Origin: an uncultured Nitrospiraceae bacterium
GTDB lineage: Bacteria; Nitrospirota; Nitrospiria; Nitrospirales; Nitrospiraceae
Assembly: GCA_963730935.1 (NCBI GenBank)
Contig: CAVSTP010000002.1
Location: forward strand, 224,001-288,000
Length of the DNA: 64,000 nt
Direction: 5' to 3'
Both the position numbers and the translations under genes were made by a program. Shown one piece after another: positions 20,099 to 29,648 of the stretch; the stretch's first letter is position 1; every line of letters starts with the position of its first letter. Below the pieces are notes generated by a model. That model saw only the letters and a list, made by a program, of their open reading frames with translations. It did no database searches and was not told the DNA's origin.

Positions 20099-20500
20099 AT
20101 GCCGACGACGACAACGACTGCGGGCCCCACCGAGAGCCAACTCCATCGCGGAGGCACTGTCACGAGCCCGAGCCTCGTCAGAGAGAAGAGCGAAAGACCC
20201 CGTATGGTACGGCTGACGGTCAATCTGCCATCCCATCTCGTTGAACAAATGCGCGACGCTGTGTACTGGACTCCGGGACTGACGTTGGCCTGGATGATCG
20301 CGCGAGCGGTTCGCGCTTCGCTGGCAGATCTGGAAACCATTCATCAAGGACCGTTCCCCAGACGATTGAAGCCGCTGCGTGCAGGGCGGCCGCGGCTGGT
20401 CGGTCAGTCCATGAATGTCCGGCCGTTAGGCACTGGCGAGGGTGACGGCCCAGGGAAGAGCGTCGTAAGAGCCCCTATTCCTGTGGTCACGAGAAACTGA
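20099..20500 (+). CDS. Ribbon-helix-helix DNA-binding protein (ParB_C/ParG-like)
   Basis: SD GAGGAGG before ATG 20099. RLTVNLP..L.EQMRDAVY...LE..HQGPFP....LRAGRP pattern. Confidence 0.6.
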   Translation: MPTTTTTAGPTESQLHRGGTVTSPSLVREKSERPRMVRLTVNLPSHLVEQMRDAVYWTPGLTLAWMIARAVRASLADLETIHQGPFPRRLKPLRAGRPRLVGQSMNVRPLGTGEGDGPGKSVVRAPIPVVTRN

Positions 20501-20524
20501 CCGATCCGCCTACAGAGTTCTAAC

Positions 20525-21289
20525 TCAGCGGGGGTTGGGAGGAGTGGAGAATGCCCGTTTGAAGACACCGCGAATGCCGAAATAGGCGAAGGAGTCTTTG
20601 AGGTTGGAATACAATCGCTTGATGGAACCCATCTCGGGATTGGTCACGTACTCCATCGTCAATGCGATCCGCTCCTCTCCCTGTCCCAGCGGCGTCACTG
20701 CGTGCCACAGTTTGTCGCCGTTGAAGATCACCATGTCGCCGGGCTCCGTGACTAATTCCAACGTTCGTGGCGTCTTACCGGGAACATCCTTGAACAGCTC
20801 GCAGACCAGCTTGCACTGCGTCGATCTGTCGACCAATCCCATCAGAATCGTATAGCGGGCCCCTTTGTAATAGCTGGTGTCGTAGTGAAATCCGATATGA
20901 TCACCGGCCTCCGTGTAATAGTACAGGGCGCACGAGTGAGGATCGTTGTCCGGACAGAGCATGAGCTTGGCGTCGGTGAGCCGGCTGAGAAACGCCAAAA
21001 ACGCCGGTGAGCGATACAGATCAAGAAAGAGCGGGGCCTGTTCCTGCACCGTGTAGTAGCTCACGCTTCCGCCCTTCTTGTGGCCAGGAATGTAATTGCG
21101 ATTCAGCTGGTGTTTGACTCCCTGAGCCTGAGGCACGAGCGTCGCCTCGACGAACTCCCGCGGGAGAAACTGGGGGATGACGATGAACTCGTTCTGTTCC
21201 CAATAGTCGCGACGTACTCGATCAACGTTCAATCTGGCAATAGCCTGTTCGGTCGCTTCTGCGACTGAGCCCAAGACTGCTGTACTCAT
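20525..21289 (-). CDS. 2OG-Fe(II) oxygenase
   Basis: Facial triad HYD...HAV and 2OG-binding R in ERIALT. Confidence 0.8.
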   Translation of the reverse strand: MSTAVLGSVAEATEQAIARLNVDRVRRDYWEQNEFIVIPQFLPREFVEATLVPQAQGVKHQLNRNYIPGHKKGGSVSYYTVQEQAPLFLDLYRSPAFLAFLSRLTDAKLMLCPDNDPHSCALYYYTEAGDHIGFHYDTSYYKGARYTILMGLVDRSTQCKLVCELFKDVPGKTPRTLELVTEPGDMVIFNGDKLWHAVTPLGQGEERIALTMEYVTNPEMGSIKRLYSNLKDSFAYFGIRGVFKRAFSTPPNPR

Positions 21290-21332
21290 CGGTGATCGCT
21301 CCTTCCGGCCGGTCCCCCTGCCATTGGTCCCG

Positions 21333-22046
21333 TCAAGGCTGGGTCAACACCGGCGCCTTGACGACTTCGACATCGGGGGGAAATTTGGGGACAAACAGAT
21401 CGTCATCCAGCCCGATATTCGATTGCAGGGATGAAAATTCGAAATTCGACACGTTCCCGCTGATCTCATACAGGGAAAGGCTTCGAATAAAATACGTTTT
21501 GGGGAAGACTTCCACGACGATTCTCAGCACCGTCCCATGCGCCTCCGCCCCGTGCGACTTCGGCACCAGCGTCACGAGCCTGAGGCCTCCCACGCCACGG
21601 CTCTTCCCCGGCGTCGGTTCGGGGTCGAAGGAGGCGTCGAGCTTCGCCGCACCCTGAAGCAGCTCCAGCGGCGCTCGGGACGCCGCCATGTGAGTGAGTT
21701 TCCCGACCAGGACCTGCTTGTGCTCCGGCACATATACTTTAACGTCATCTCCTTGTACATAAATGTCCTCGGCCGAAGGCTCCAGGTAGTTCCAGCGCAA
21801 GCGACCAGGCTTCTTGATATACACCTTTCCGGACGAGGTCATCGGCCGTTCAAATCCTTCGATCGTCGTCTTCTGCGTGAAATCGGCCTGGAGGTCCTTC
21901 GTCTTTTCATAGCGCGCTTGCAAGCGCTTCATCACTTCCCGGACTTCCTTGCGCGCCTGCTCGTCGCCTCCGTCCTCTCCCAAGACGGGAGTCGAGGCGC
22001 TCACCGCAAGCACGGCGCCGATGGCCAGCACCCACAGCCTTATCAT
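21333..22046 (-). CDS. lolA: Outer-membrane lipoprotein carrier protein
   Basis: Signal peptide, ADFTQ, SGKVYIKKPGRLRWNY. Lies directly after ftsK. Confidence 0.88.
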   Translation of the reverse strand: MIRLWVLAIGAVLAVSASTPVLGEDGGDEQARKEVREVMKRLQARYEKTKDLQADFTQKTTIEGFERPMTSSGKVYIKKPGRLRWNYLEPSAEDIYVQGDDVKVYVPEHKQVLVGKLTHMAASRAPLELLQGAAKLDASFDPEPTPGKSRGVGGLRLVTLVPKSHGAEAHGTVLRIVVEVFPKTYFIRSLSLYEISGNVSNFEFSSLQSNIGLDDDLFVPKFPPDVEVVKAPVLTQP

Positions 22047-24460
22047 TCGTGGGCGTCCCCGACCGGCCCGCGGCGCCCGATCACTTCACGGCGGCCATCG
22101 CGTCCGGCAGCACCGACCAGCCCGTCGGCTTCCATCTGTTCGATCATTCGGGCCGCCCGCGGATATCCCACCCTCAGCCGCCGTTGGATCAGCGAAGCGG
22201 AGGCTTGTCCGGTCGACAGCACCAGCTCCTTGGCCTGCTCATAGACTTCGTCCTGCGCTTCCTCCTCCTTCACCTCTTCCTGTTTCAAGGATTGCAATTC
22301 CTGGTTATAGCTCGGCGTGGCTTGTTCTTTGACGAATTCAACCACGCGGCGGACGTCGTCGTCGGACACGAACGAGCCGTGCAGGCGCATCAAGCGGCCC
22401 GTCCCGGAGGCGAGGTAGAGCATGTCGCCTCGGCCCAACAACGCTTCCGCGCCGTTGGCATCGAGAATCGTCCGGGAATCCGTTTTCGAGGAGACTTGAA
22501 ATGCAATACGCGCTGGAAAATTCGCCTTGATCAATCCCGTCAGCACGTCGACCGAAGGGCGCTGGGTCGCCAGCACGAGATGGATGCCGGAAGCGCGCGC
22601 CATCTGTGCCAGCCGAGCGATCTTGTCCTCGACGTCCTTCGGCGCGACCATCATCAAATCCGCAAGCTCATCGATCATGACGACGATGTACGGCAGGGGT
22701 TCCGGTGGAGTCGGCGGCGGCATAAAGGATCCAGGATTGCCGTCCTGGATCGCCGTTTCCCCGGCAGACAAACGTTCCTCTTCCGAGAGAAAGCGCATCG
22801 GCAACTCCGGCTGATCCGGCTTGCCTTCTGCTCCGGCGTCGGGAAGGACGCCTTGGGCGCCGGCCACCTTGCGGTTGTAGGAATCGATGTTGCGGACTCC
22901 TGCTTCCGCCAGCAATTTATACCGGCGCTCCATTTCCTGCACGACCCAACTCAAGCCGCGGGCTGCGGACTTCGGGTCGGTAATGACCGGTCGCAGCAGA
23001 TGGGGGATCCCGTCGTAGGTCTGGAACTCCAGCATCTTGGGATCGATCAAGAGCAGTTTCACTTCATTGGGCTTTGCCGAGAGCAGGATGCTGATCAGCA
23101 TCGTATTCAGGCTGACGCTCTTGCCCGCACCCGTAGCGCCGGCGACAAGGAGATGCGGCATCGTTTTAAGATCCGCCGTGACGGGGCCGCCGAAAATGTC
23201 CTTTCCGAGCGCCAGCGTCAGTTTGGACCGGGCCCGTGTGAAGGCGTCGCTCGTTGCGACTTCCTTCATGGACACAGTTTCACGTTGCGTATTGGGCACT
23301 TCGATCCCGACGACCGACTTGCCGGGGATCGGGGCTACGATTCGCAAGCTGATGGCTTTCATCGCCAGGGCCAAGTCGTCGGCAAGGTTCACGATCCTGG
23401 CCACCTTGGTCCCGGGTGCCGGCTCGAACTCATACATGGTCACCACAGGCCCAGGGCGGACCTCGGTGATCCGGCCTTCGATACCGAAACTCAACAACGC
23501 CTTCGAGAGGATGTCGGACTGGGCCTTGAGCTCGTCGTCGGTGATGCGGGTCAAGACGCCCGATGGGTCCGTCAACAATTCGTCCGCATCCGGCAATTGG
23601 TAATCGCCGGCGTCGTCCGTCTTGCTCGAGACCGGCGCCTCTGGCTCAGGTTCGTCTACCTCTGCCGGCTCTAGTGGCACCACCGCCCGTGGCAGGACCG
23701 GCACTTCAGCGGGGACCGTCTCCTCCGGCTGCGGTAGCGCCTCTTCGATGACCGACCGGATGGATTTTGTCCGCTTCGGCTTGGCGGGCTTCGGTGCTTC
23801 TGCCTCGGCCTCTGTTGTCCGCTCCGGAATGAAAGCGCTGATACCCGCAAACACCTTCTTGCCCCATTCAGACGCTTGAATGGCCAACTGTGCGAGCGAG
23901 ACCGGAGCCGTAAAGAGCAGCGCGACGACGAACCCGCAAATGATAAGGATATGAGCACCGGTGCTGGCGAAATAGGCCCGCAGTCCGTCGGCCAGCAGTT
24001 GTCCGAACAGCCCCCCCGCCTGCCCCCGGAACACCATCCCGCTGGAAATCGTGGGCACAGCTGCGATCTCGAGATGGAGCAGGCCGCTCAGGAACAAGAG
24101 CGCCGCCAGCGAGGCGCCGGCATTGCGCAGCCGGATCGAAAGATCGCTCTGAGTGAAGCAACGGGCGCCGAGCAATCCGAGAAGCAGCGGAAACAGGTAC
24201 GCGGCGCCCCCGATTAGAGAAAAAAGCAATGACGAAAAGACGGCGCCTGCTGAGCCGATCAGATTGTGCGTCGGCGGTGTCGTCGTGGCGCTTGGCGTCG
24301 CCACGACCTTGGGCTCGCCGGGCACGAAGGACAGCAGACTCAACAGCGTAAGGAGGCTTAGCGCCACCAGGATTACGCCGATTACTTCACGCTTGAGATG
24401 GGAAGGGGGAGCTGGGGCGCGACGGGCCTCGCCCCGCTTGGCCGAGCTGGTTACGCCCAT
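22043..24460 (-). CDS. ftsK: DNA translocase FtsK
   Basis: 4TM N-terminus, MPHLLVAGATGAGKS, IDELADLMM, ATQRPSVDV, gamma domain LIQRRLRVGYPRAAR. Confidence 0.96.
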   Translation of the reverse strand: MGVTSSAKRGEARRAPAPPSHLKREVIGVILVALSLLTLLSLLSFVPGEPKVVATPSATTTPPTHNLIGSAGAVFSSLLFSLIGGAAYLFPLLLGLLGARCFTQSDLSIRLRNAGASLAALLFLSGLLHLEIAAVPTISSGMVFRGQAGGLFGQLLADGLRAYFASTGAHILIICGFVVALLFTAPVSLAQLAIQASEWGKKVFAGISAFIPERTTEAEAEAPKPAKPKRTKSIRSVIEEALPQPEETVPAEVPVLPRAVVPLEPAEVDEPEPEAPVSSKTDDAGDYQLPDADELLTDPSGVLTRITDDELKAQSDILSKALLSFGIEGRITEVRPGPVVTMYEFEPAPGTKVARIVNLADDLALAMKAISLRIVAPIPGKSVVGIEVPNTQRETVSMKEVATSDAFTRARSKLTLALGKDIFGGPVTADLKTMPHLLVAGATGAGKSVSLNTMLISILLSAKPNEVKLLLIDPKMLEFQTYDGIPHLLRPVITDPKSAARGLSWVVQEMERRYKLLAEAGVRNIDSYNRKVAGAQGVLPDAGAEGKPDQPELPMRFLSEEERLSAGETAIQDGNPGSFMPPPTPPEPLPYIVVMIDELADLMMVAPKDVEDKIARLAQMARASGIHLVLATQRPSVDVLTGLIKANFPARIAFQVSSKTDSRTILDANGAEALLGRGDMLYLASGTGRLMRLHGSFVSDDDVRRVVEFVKEQATPSYNQELQSLKQEEVKEEEAQDEVYEQAKELVLSTGQASASLIQRRLRVGYPRAARMIEQMEADGLVGAAGRDGRREVIGRRGPVGDAHE

Positions 24461-24467
24461 GCGCGGG

Positions 24468-24496
24468 ATGCTAACACAGGGGGTAGGCCAATTCAA
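24468..24496 (-). promoter_or_regulatory. sigma-70 promoter, probably leaderless ftsK transcript
   Basis: TTGAAT-N17-TAGCAT, 7 nt before the ATG. Confidence 0.55.
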
Positions 24497-24521
24497 ACAA
24501 ACGTCACGGCTCTTCCACGCG

Positions 24522-25325
24522 TCATAAGACCTTGCGTCGAGCCAGCTGTCCGGTCAGTTCCATGAATTGCTCGAGCGTCAACGTCTCGGCGCGGACGGTC
24601 GAGACCAGCTTCATCCCGGCCACTGCCCCGGTCACAATTGGCGCCTCATAGCCTTCGTCCCGAAGCGAATTCACCAGAGTCTTCCGGCGATGGGCAAATG
24701 CGGCTTTCACGAGGGCAGTAAAGCCCGGCTCCTCATGCGGAGAAAGCAACGCCTCCGGTCTCGGACGCAGCACCACGACGGCGGAGCCGACGTCCGGTCG
24801 CGGCCGAAAACAGTTGGCCGAGACCTTGAAGGCCTTTTTCACGTCAGCCGCATACTGCATCAAGAGCGACAGAACACCGTAATCGGCATCACCGGCCTTC
24901 GCCACGAGGCGGTCGGCGACTTCATTCTGCAGCATCAGCACCAGACGCGGGAACCGGCGGCGCTGCTCGAGGAACTTGAAGAGGAGTGGGGTCGAAATGT
25001 AGTACGGCAGGTTCGCGACCACCACACCGGCCGGCAGGGTTTCGAACGGATGGCTCAGGGCGTCCGCACAGATCACCTCCACATTCTTCCAGTCGGTTTG
25101 GCGCGTTTGCAGAAGCGCACACAGCTCGGCATCGATCTCGATCGCGACCACGCGACGGGCTGCACGAGAAAGCGCATCCGTCAAGATACCTCGGCCCGGA
25201 CCGATTTCAAGCACCGTGTCGTCCGGTGTGAGTTCCGCTGCGGCGACGATTTTTCGAACGATGTTCTGATCGATTAGGAAATGCTGTCCGAGGCGCTTGT
25301 TTGCTGGGGGGAACGGCGCTGGCAC
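24522..25325 (-). CDS. rsmA: 16S rRNA adenine dimethyltransferase
   Basis: LGQHFL, VLEIGPGRG, VANLPYYIS, MLQNEVADRL. Confidence 0.95.
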   Translation of the reverse strand: MPAPFPPANKRLGQHFLIDQNIVRKIVAAAELTPDDTVLEIGPGRGILTDALSRAARRVVAIEIDAELCALLQTRQTDWKNVEVICADALSHPFETLPAGVVVANLPYYISTPLLFKFLEQRRRFPRLVLMLQNEVADRLVAKAGDADYGVLSLLMQYAADVKKAFKVSANCFRPRPDVGSAVVVLRPRPEALLSPHEEPGFTALVKAAFAHRRKTLVNSLRDEGYEAPIVTGAVAGMKLVSTVRAETLTLEQFMELTGQLARRKVL

Positions 25326-25658
25326 CTACGAGCCTCCGTCGGGAGGGCGTTGAGCGGCTTTGGAGAGCTGCTGCCCCAACTCCTTAAGCGGCACGCGGAA
25401 GCAATCGACCAGATCAGTGAACTCCTCAACGAGATCATTGGTGAAGACCATGCCCGGTTGCAGACGGGCGAACTCCTGCGCGGCTTTCTCGCCGACCGAC
25501 TCGGTCAGCAGGGCAATCGTCCGGACACGCCATTTGGCGACCCGTTCGGTGCCGGCCACGGTGTTGAGCGACATCTCCATCGTGTCCTGATAAATCGAAT
25601 CTAGTTCCTTGAGTTGGTGTTGGATGACCACAAGCGCTTTGTTCGAATCCATGGGCAT
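25326..25658 (-). CDS. Hypothetical helical protein
   Basis: SD AAGGAG. Fills the gap between pdxA and rsmA on the same strand. Confidence 0.65.
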   Translation of the reverse strand: MPMDSNKALVVIQHQLKELDSIYQDTMEMSLNTVAGTERVAKWRVRTIALLTESVGEKAAQEFARLQPGMVFTNDLVEEFTDLVDCFRVPLKELGQQLSKAAQRPPDGGS

Positions 25659-25674
25659 GATCAGATGGTTCTCC

Positions 25675-26715
25675 TTATGGTGCGGCGTGGGCTGGTCGTC
25701 GCTTCTGCGCGAGCCTGGCAGCAAGTTTGACCGCTTCCATCAGGCTCCCGGGATCGGCGATGCCTTTGCCGACAATGTCGAAGGCGGTGCCGTGATCGAC
25801 CGACGTCCGGATGATCGGCAGGCCGACCGTGAGGTTGACGCAGCTGCCAAAGGCGACCATCTTCAGAGGAATCAATCCCTGATCGTGATAGAGCGCGACG
25901 ATCGCATCGTAGTCGCCTCGGGCGGCCTTCCCGAATAGCGTATCCGCCGGCATGGGGTCGCTGGCGAGAATCCCCTTGGCCTGCGCCGCGCGGGCGGCAG
26001 GTGAAATGACGCGCAACTCTTCATCGCCAAAAAGGCCTTGCTCTCCCGCGTGCGGATTGAGGGCGGCGATTCCGATACGGGGTTTCTTGAACCCGAAGAG
26101 CGTCGTCATGGCCATGTGCGCCAGCCGAATGCCCTTTTCGATCTTGGCTTGCGTCAACAACGATGGAAGGTCCCTGATGGCGACGTGTGTCGTCACGAAC
26201 ATGATCTTCAGCGGGCCTCCGATGATCATCATGCCGGATTCTTCCGCGTGAGTGAGGTCCGCCAGCAGTTCCGTATGGCCCGGGTAATGACACCCGGCCA
26301 TATTAATGGCTTCTTTATTGATCGGACCGGTGACCATCCCGTCGATACAGCCTGTCTGGGCCAGGTGCACGGCTTTCTTGATAAAGGCCACCGATGCCGC
26401 ACCGGTTTCCGGCGCCGCCACGCCAGATTGGTAGCGAGTGAGCGGGCGCTCGAGCGGATCCAACACGGCAATCTCTCCTGGTCGCCGCCCCGTGGGTTCA
26501 TGTCCCTCGACCACGCGCACCGTGAGCTTCAACTTCAGCCTCTTCACGGTCTCCTGCATGACGTCTGAAGAGCCGATGACAAGCGGTGAGCAGACACGCC
26601 GGAGGGCCGTTCCCATGAGAGCCTTGGCGATGACTTCCGGTCCGATACCTGCCGGGTCGCCCATCGTAATGCCAAGCAACGGCACTCTGTGTCCTGTTTG
26701 TGTTGCGGGCTTCAC
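25675..26715 (-). CDS. pdxA: 4-hydroxythreonine-4-phosphate dehydrogenase
   Basis: MGDPAGIGPE, GHTE, LNPHAGE, YHDQG, RTSVDHGTA. Confidence 0.96.
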   Translation of the reverse strand: MKPATQTGHRVPLLGITMGDPAGIGPEVIAKALMGTALRRVCSPLVIGSSDVMQETVKRLKLKLTVRVVEGHEPTGRRPGEIAVLDPLERPLTRYQSGVAAPETGAASVAFIKKAVHLAQTGCIDGMVTGPINKEAINMAGCHYPGHTELLADLTHAEESGMMIIGGPLKIMFVTTHVAIRDLPSLLTQAKIEKGIRLAHMAMTTLFGFKKPRIGIAALNPHAGEQGLFGDEELRVISPAARAAQAKGILASDPMPADTLFGKAARGDYDAIVALYHDQGLIPLKMVAFGSCVNLTVGLPIIRTSVDHGTAFDIVGKGIADPGSLMEAVKLAARLAQKRRPAHAAP

Positions 26716-26718
26716 AGC

Positions 26719-27720
26719 TCACCACCCATACAAATACATCGCATACCCTATATAAAGGACCGCGCCGATCATGAGCAACCAGGGACGCCACTGACCGGAC
26801 CACGCCGCTTGCAGCAGCAAACTTCCCGTCGCGACCACCGCAAGGACCATCGTGATCAACGCCGACGGCGCGAGCGTCCATTCGGTGCCCAGGAGGCCCA
26901 CCGACACGGGCACCGTCCCTTGAAACACCATGGCGCCGGTGACGTTTCCGACGGCCAGCCGGTCCTTCTTTTGATAGAGCCACAGAAAGCTGTTGGACAT
27001 CTCCGGCAGTTCTGTGGCGAGCGGTGCAATCAGGAGGGCCAAGATCAACGGGGAAATAGCCAGGAGATGTGCCGTTGAGTCAGCCGCGCTGACAAACAGA
27101 TGCGCCCCTAGTGCGAGTCCGCCCAGCCCCGCCAGCGCCTGGAGTGTGATGACAGCATACGAGGGTGTTTTCGCATGTTTGGAAAACAACAGCGGACCGA
27201 GCTCGCTCGGCTCATTCGACTCGTCGTCGCTGAACTTGAGCTTGACGTAGTACCCGTACAGGCTGAGTAAGCCAACGGCGGCCATTATGCGCACCGGCCG
27301 AGACGGGACAAAGGCGCAGGCCAACGCGACCATGTAGGCCAGCGCAAAACACGTCAAATCAACGGTGATGTCTTTGTAGTTGAGACGGAAGGAACGACCT
27401 CGTTTGCCCAGCCGAGCATAGACGAGCAACAACAACGCGAGCATTGGAACGACCAGCGTACTGAGCATGAAGGGCGCCCCAAGGATCGCGCCCAACCCCA
27501 CCTCGGCTTCTTCGCGCGTCGCACCGAAAAAGATGGCAACGATGGGGATCGAGGTTTCTGGAAGCGTGGTGCCGATCGCGGCCAGGACGCTGCCCACCGC
27601 ACCCTCTGACAGGTTCCGGCGCTTTCCCAGCCATTCGATCGCGTTCGTAAACAGCGCGCAGGCGCCGAGCGTGACCACCACGGATGCGACGAACAAGAAG
27701 ACGTAGGCGAGCAGCGTCAC
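26719..27720 (-). CDS. Sodium:calcium (CaCA/YrbG-like) antiporter
   Basis: Two alpha-repeats (AIGTTLPE, LATELPE). GTG start overlaps the larC stop. Confidence 0.85.
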   Translation of the reverse strand: MTLLAYVFLFVASVVVTLGACALFTNAIEWLGKRRNLSEGAVGSVLAAIGTTLPETSIPIVAIFFGATREEAEVGLGAILGAPFMLSTLVVPMLALLLLVYARLGKRGRSFRLNYKDITVDLTCFALAYMVALACAFVPSRPVRIMAAVGLLSLYGYYVKLKFSDDESNEPSELGPLLFSKHAKTPSYAVITLQALAGLGGLALGAHLFVSAADSTAHLLAISPLILALLIAPLATELPEMSNSFLWLYQKKDRLAVGNVTGAMVFQGTVPVSVGLLGTEWTLAPSALITMVLAVVATGSLLLQAAWSGQWRPWLLMIGAVLYIGYAMYLYGW

Positions 27721-28934
27721 AAACGACCCTTCGCTGCACGGCGGGTCTTCGCATAGGCTAATGCCGCTTCTTCCAGCACCGCTTTGACGGGACGTCCGGT
27801 CCGCTCGGCGATCCGCTTGCAGTCGAGATATTCCGGCGCGGCCTTGGTGTTTGCGGAGTCGACGGCCGCAATCTTGATCCTGACCGTTCCGCCTCGGATC
27901 TTCACTGACGCGAACCGTCTCGGAAGAATGTGCCGACTGATCTCCTGCACCCGGACTCCCAGCGCCGTCGTTTCTTCGAACAGCACATTCAGCGCTGGAT
28001 CGACGCCGACGGGCGGCACCAGACAAGCGAGCACAATGGCCGGACGGCCACGCTTCATAATGACGGGCGTGAGTGTGACGTCCAGGGCCCCGGCATGGAA
28101 GAGCCGCTCCATGATGTGTTCGTAGGTTTGGGGATTGACATCGTCGAGATTTGTTTCGATTTGGACCACGGTGTCCCGCGCCCGGCCATCCCTGGCGCCT
28201 TCCGGTGACAGAAAGACACGAAGGACGTTCGGCCATCCCTCCGGGTTGGCATCCCCGGCACCATATCCCACGGCGACCGGAGTCATCAGCGGCATCGGTC
28301 CGAATTCAGCGGTAAGCGTTCTCAGCAACGCAAGACCCGTCGGGGTGGTCAGTTCACGCGAAGGTCCGGCGCTGTAAATCGGCACCTGCTTGGCGAGCAT
28401 CGCGACCGCGGGGCCCGGCGCAGGCAAGACGCCGTGCTCGGAGTGCAACGTACCGGTCCCCACGTTCACGGCAGAAGCCGTGACCCTGCTCACGTCGAGC
28501 AGTTCGCAGCAGATGACCCCGCCGACGATGTCGACGAACGAATCCAGGACACCGACTTCATGAAAATGCACATGGTCTTTGGGGACGCGATGGGCCGTTC
28601 CTTCGGCTTCCGCCAGACGCTCGAACACCGCGAGGCTTTGCCGGCGTACGTTCGGCGAAAGCCGGCTCGAGGAGAGCACCGTACGAATGCGGGAGAGCGA
28701 CCACGGACGCCGGAGATTCGGCGTGATGAGCACGTCGATTTTGGTGGCCGAAATCGCCCCTCGCTGCACCCGGCGTTTCCGGAGCCTGAACCCCTGGACG
28801 CCCAGCCGCGACAGGCCTTTGACCAGCTCTGGAAACGGCGCGCCCGCGTCAACCAGCGCGCCCAACGTCATGTCCCCGCTGATGCCGGAGAAGCAATCGA
28901 AGTGTAAGTGAGCGCCCACGTTTGCCCTTTCCAC
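27717..28934 (-). CDS. larC: Nickel-pincer nucleotide cyclometallase
   Basis: DCFSGISGDM.LGAL, VHFHEVG, ELTTPTG, ETNLDD, MKRGRP, PEYLDC. Confidence 0.93.
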   Translation of the reverse strand: MERANVGAHLHFDCFSGISGDMTLGALVDAGAPFPELVKGLSRLGVQGFRLRKRRVQRGAISATKIDVLITPNLRRPWSLSRIRTVLSSSRLSPNVRRQSLAVFERLAEAEGTAHRVPKDHVHFHEVGVLDSFVDIVGGVICCELLDVSRVTASAVNVGTGTLHSEHGVLPAPGPAVAMLAKQVPIYSAGPSRELTTPTGLALLRTLTAEFGPMPLMTPVAVGYGAGDANPEGWPNVLRVFLSPEGARDGRARDTVVQIETNLDDVNPQTYEHIMERLFHAGALDVTLTPVIMKRGRPAIVLACLVPPVGVDPALNVLFEETTALGVRVQEISRHILPRRFASVKIRGGTVRIKIAAVDSANTKAAPEYLDCKRIAERTGRPVKAVLEEAALAYAKTRRAAKGRL

Positions 28935-28995
28935 GGCCCGTTCAGCCGCGCCATCTTACCCAACGGTGGGGTGAACGGCAATCACGGCACGCGCA

Positions 28996-29024
28996 TTGAC
29001 AGGCCGTAGACACTGTGTTATCCC
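28996..29024 (+). promoter_or_regulatory. Candidate sigma-70 promoter
   Basis: TTGACA-N17-TATCCC with extended TG. Confidence 0.5.
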
Positions 29025-29085
29025 ACAATGGCACATCAGCTCCTCCTGCCTCCCGGCAACCAGAAGGCCGCAGACGACACGACAC

Positions 29086-29625
29086 ATGTTAGGCACCACG
29101 ACGCACCCGACCTGCTTCCGTCTCGTTCTGGTCGTTCTGGCATGGACGATGGCCTGCTCGATGCTGTTCGTGCTGTCTCCTGACACGGTCTCGGCCAAGT
29201 CCAAGCCGACCAAGGCGCCTCGACCCGAGCCGGAACTCAAGGTCCTCGAACTGAAGATCAGACCTACTCCCTACACGGTATCGGCGGGTTCACTGGAATT
29301 TTCTGCGGTGGTCCAACTGCCCAAAGAACTTGACGGCGCCACGATCCTCGAAGTGTCCTCACTCGTCAGTTCTCCTTCCAAGACCTCCATTCGTTTTCTT
29401 TCGTTGCGCAAACCTCTGGAATCGCCGGTGGCAACGCCGGTCAGCACGGAACCGCCGAGGATCTCTGTCGTGCTGACGTGGGATGGCATGGATCACACAA
29501 AGACGCCGGCCGAAGCCGGAACGTATCACTTCGAACTCCGAGCCAAGCTCCTTTCAAACGGCGACAAAGGCCCGCGCACGCTCATGGTCTCTTGGCCCAA
29601 GCGAGGAACATTGGAAGTGCGGTAG
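29086..29625 (+). CDS. Exported hypothetical protein with FlgD-Ig-like C-terminus
   Basis: Hydrophobic N-terminus, LTWDG.D......GTY motif. Confidence 0.6.
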   Translation: MLGTTTHPTCFRLVLVVLAWTMACSMLFVLSPDTVSAKSKPTKAPRPEPELKVLELKIRPTPYTVSAGSLEFSAVVQLPKELDGATILEVSSLVSSPSKTSIRFLSLRKPLESPVATPVSTEPPRISVVLTWDGMDHTKTPAEAGTYHFELRAKLLSNGDKGPRTLMVSWPKRGTLEVR

Positions 29626-29648
29626 ACCGGCAGGTGTTGTGTGACGGC

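Noticed and set aside
20525..21289. BesD-like halogenase
   Set aside because: The metal motif is HxD (HYD), the hydroxylase type. Halogenases have HxG or HxA.
22049..23674. 541-aa + strand ORF and similar long antisense ORFs (e.g. 15607-16836, 6859-7809)
   Set aside because: Shadow ORFs opposite well-supported genes, expected in GC-rich DNA.
27721..28236. Long N-terminal extension of the antiporter in the ORF track
   Set aside because: It lies within larC in another frame and is low-complexity. GTG at 27720 is the plausible start.
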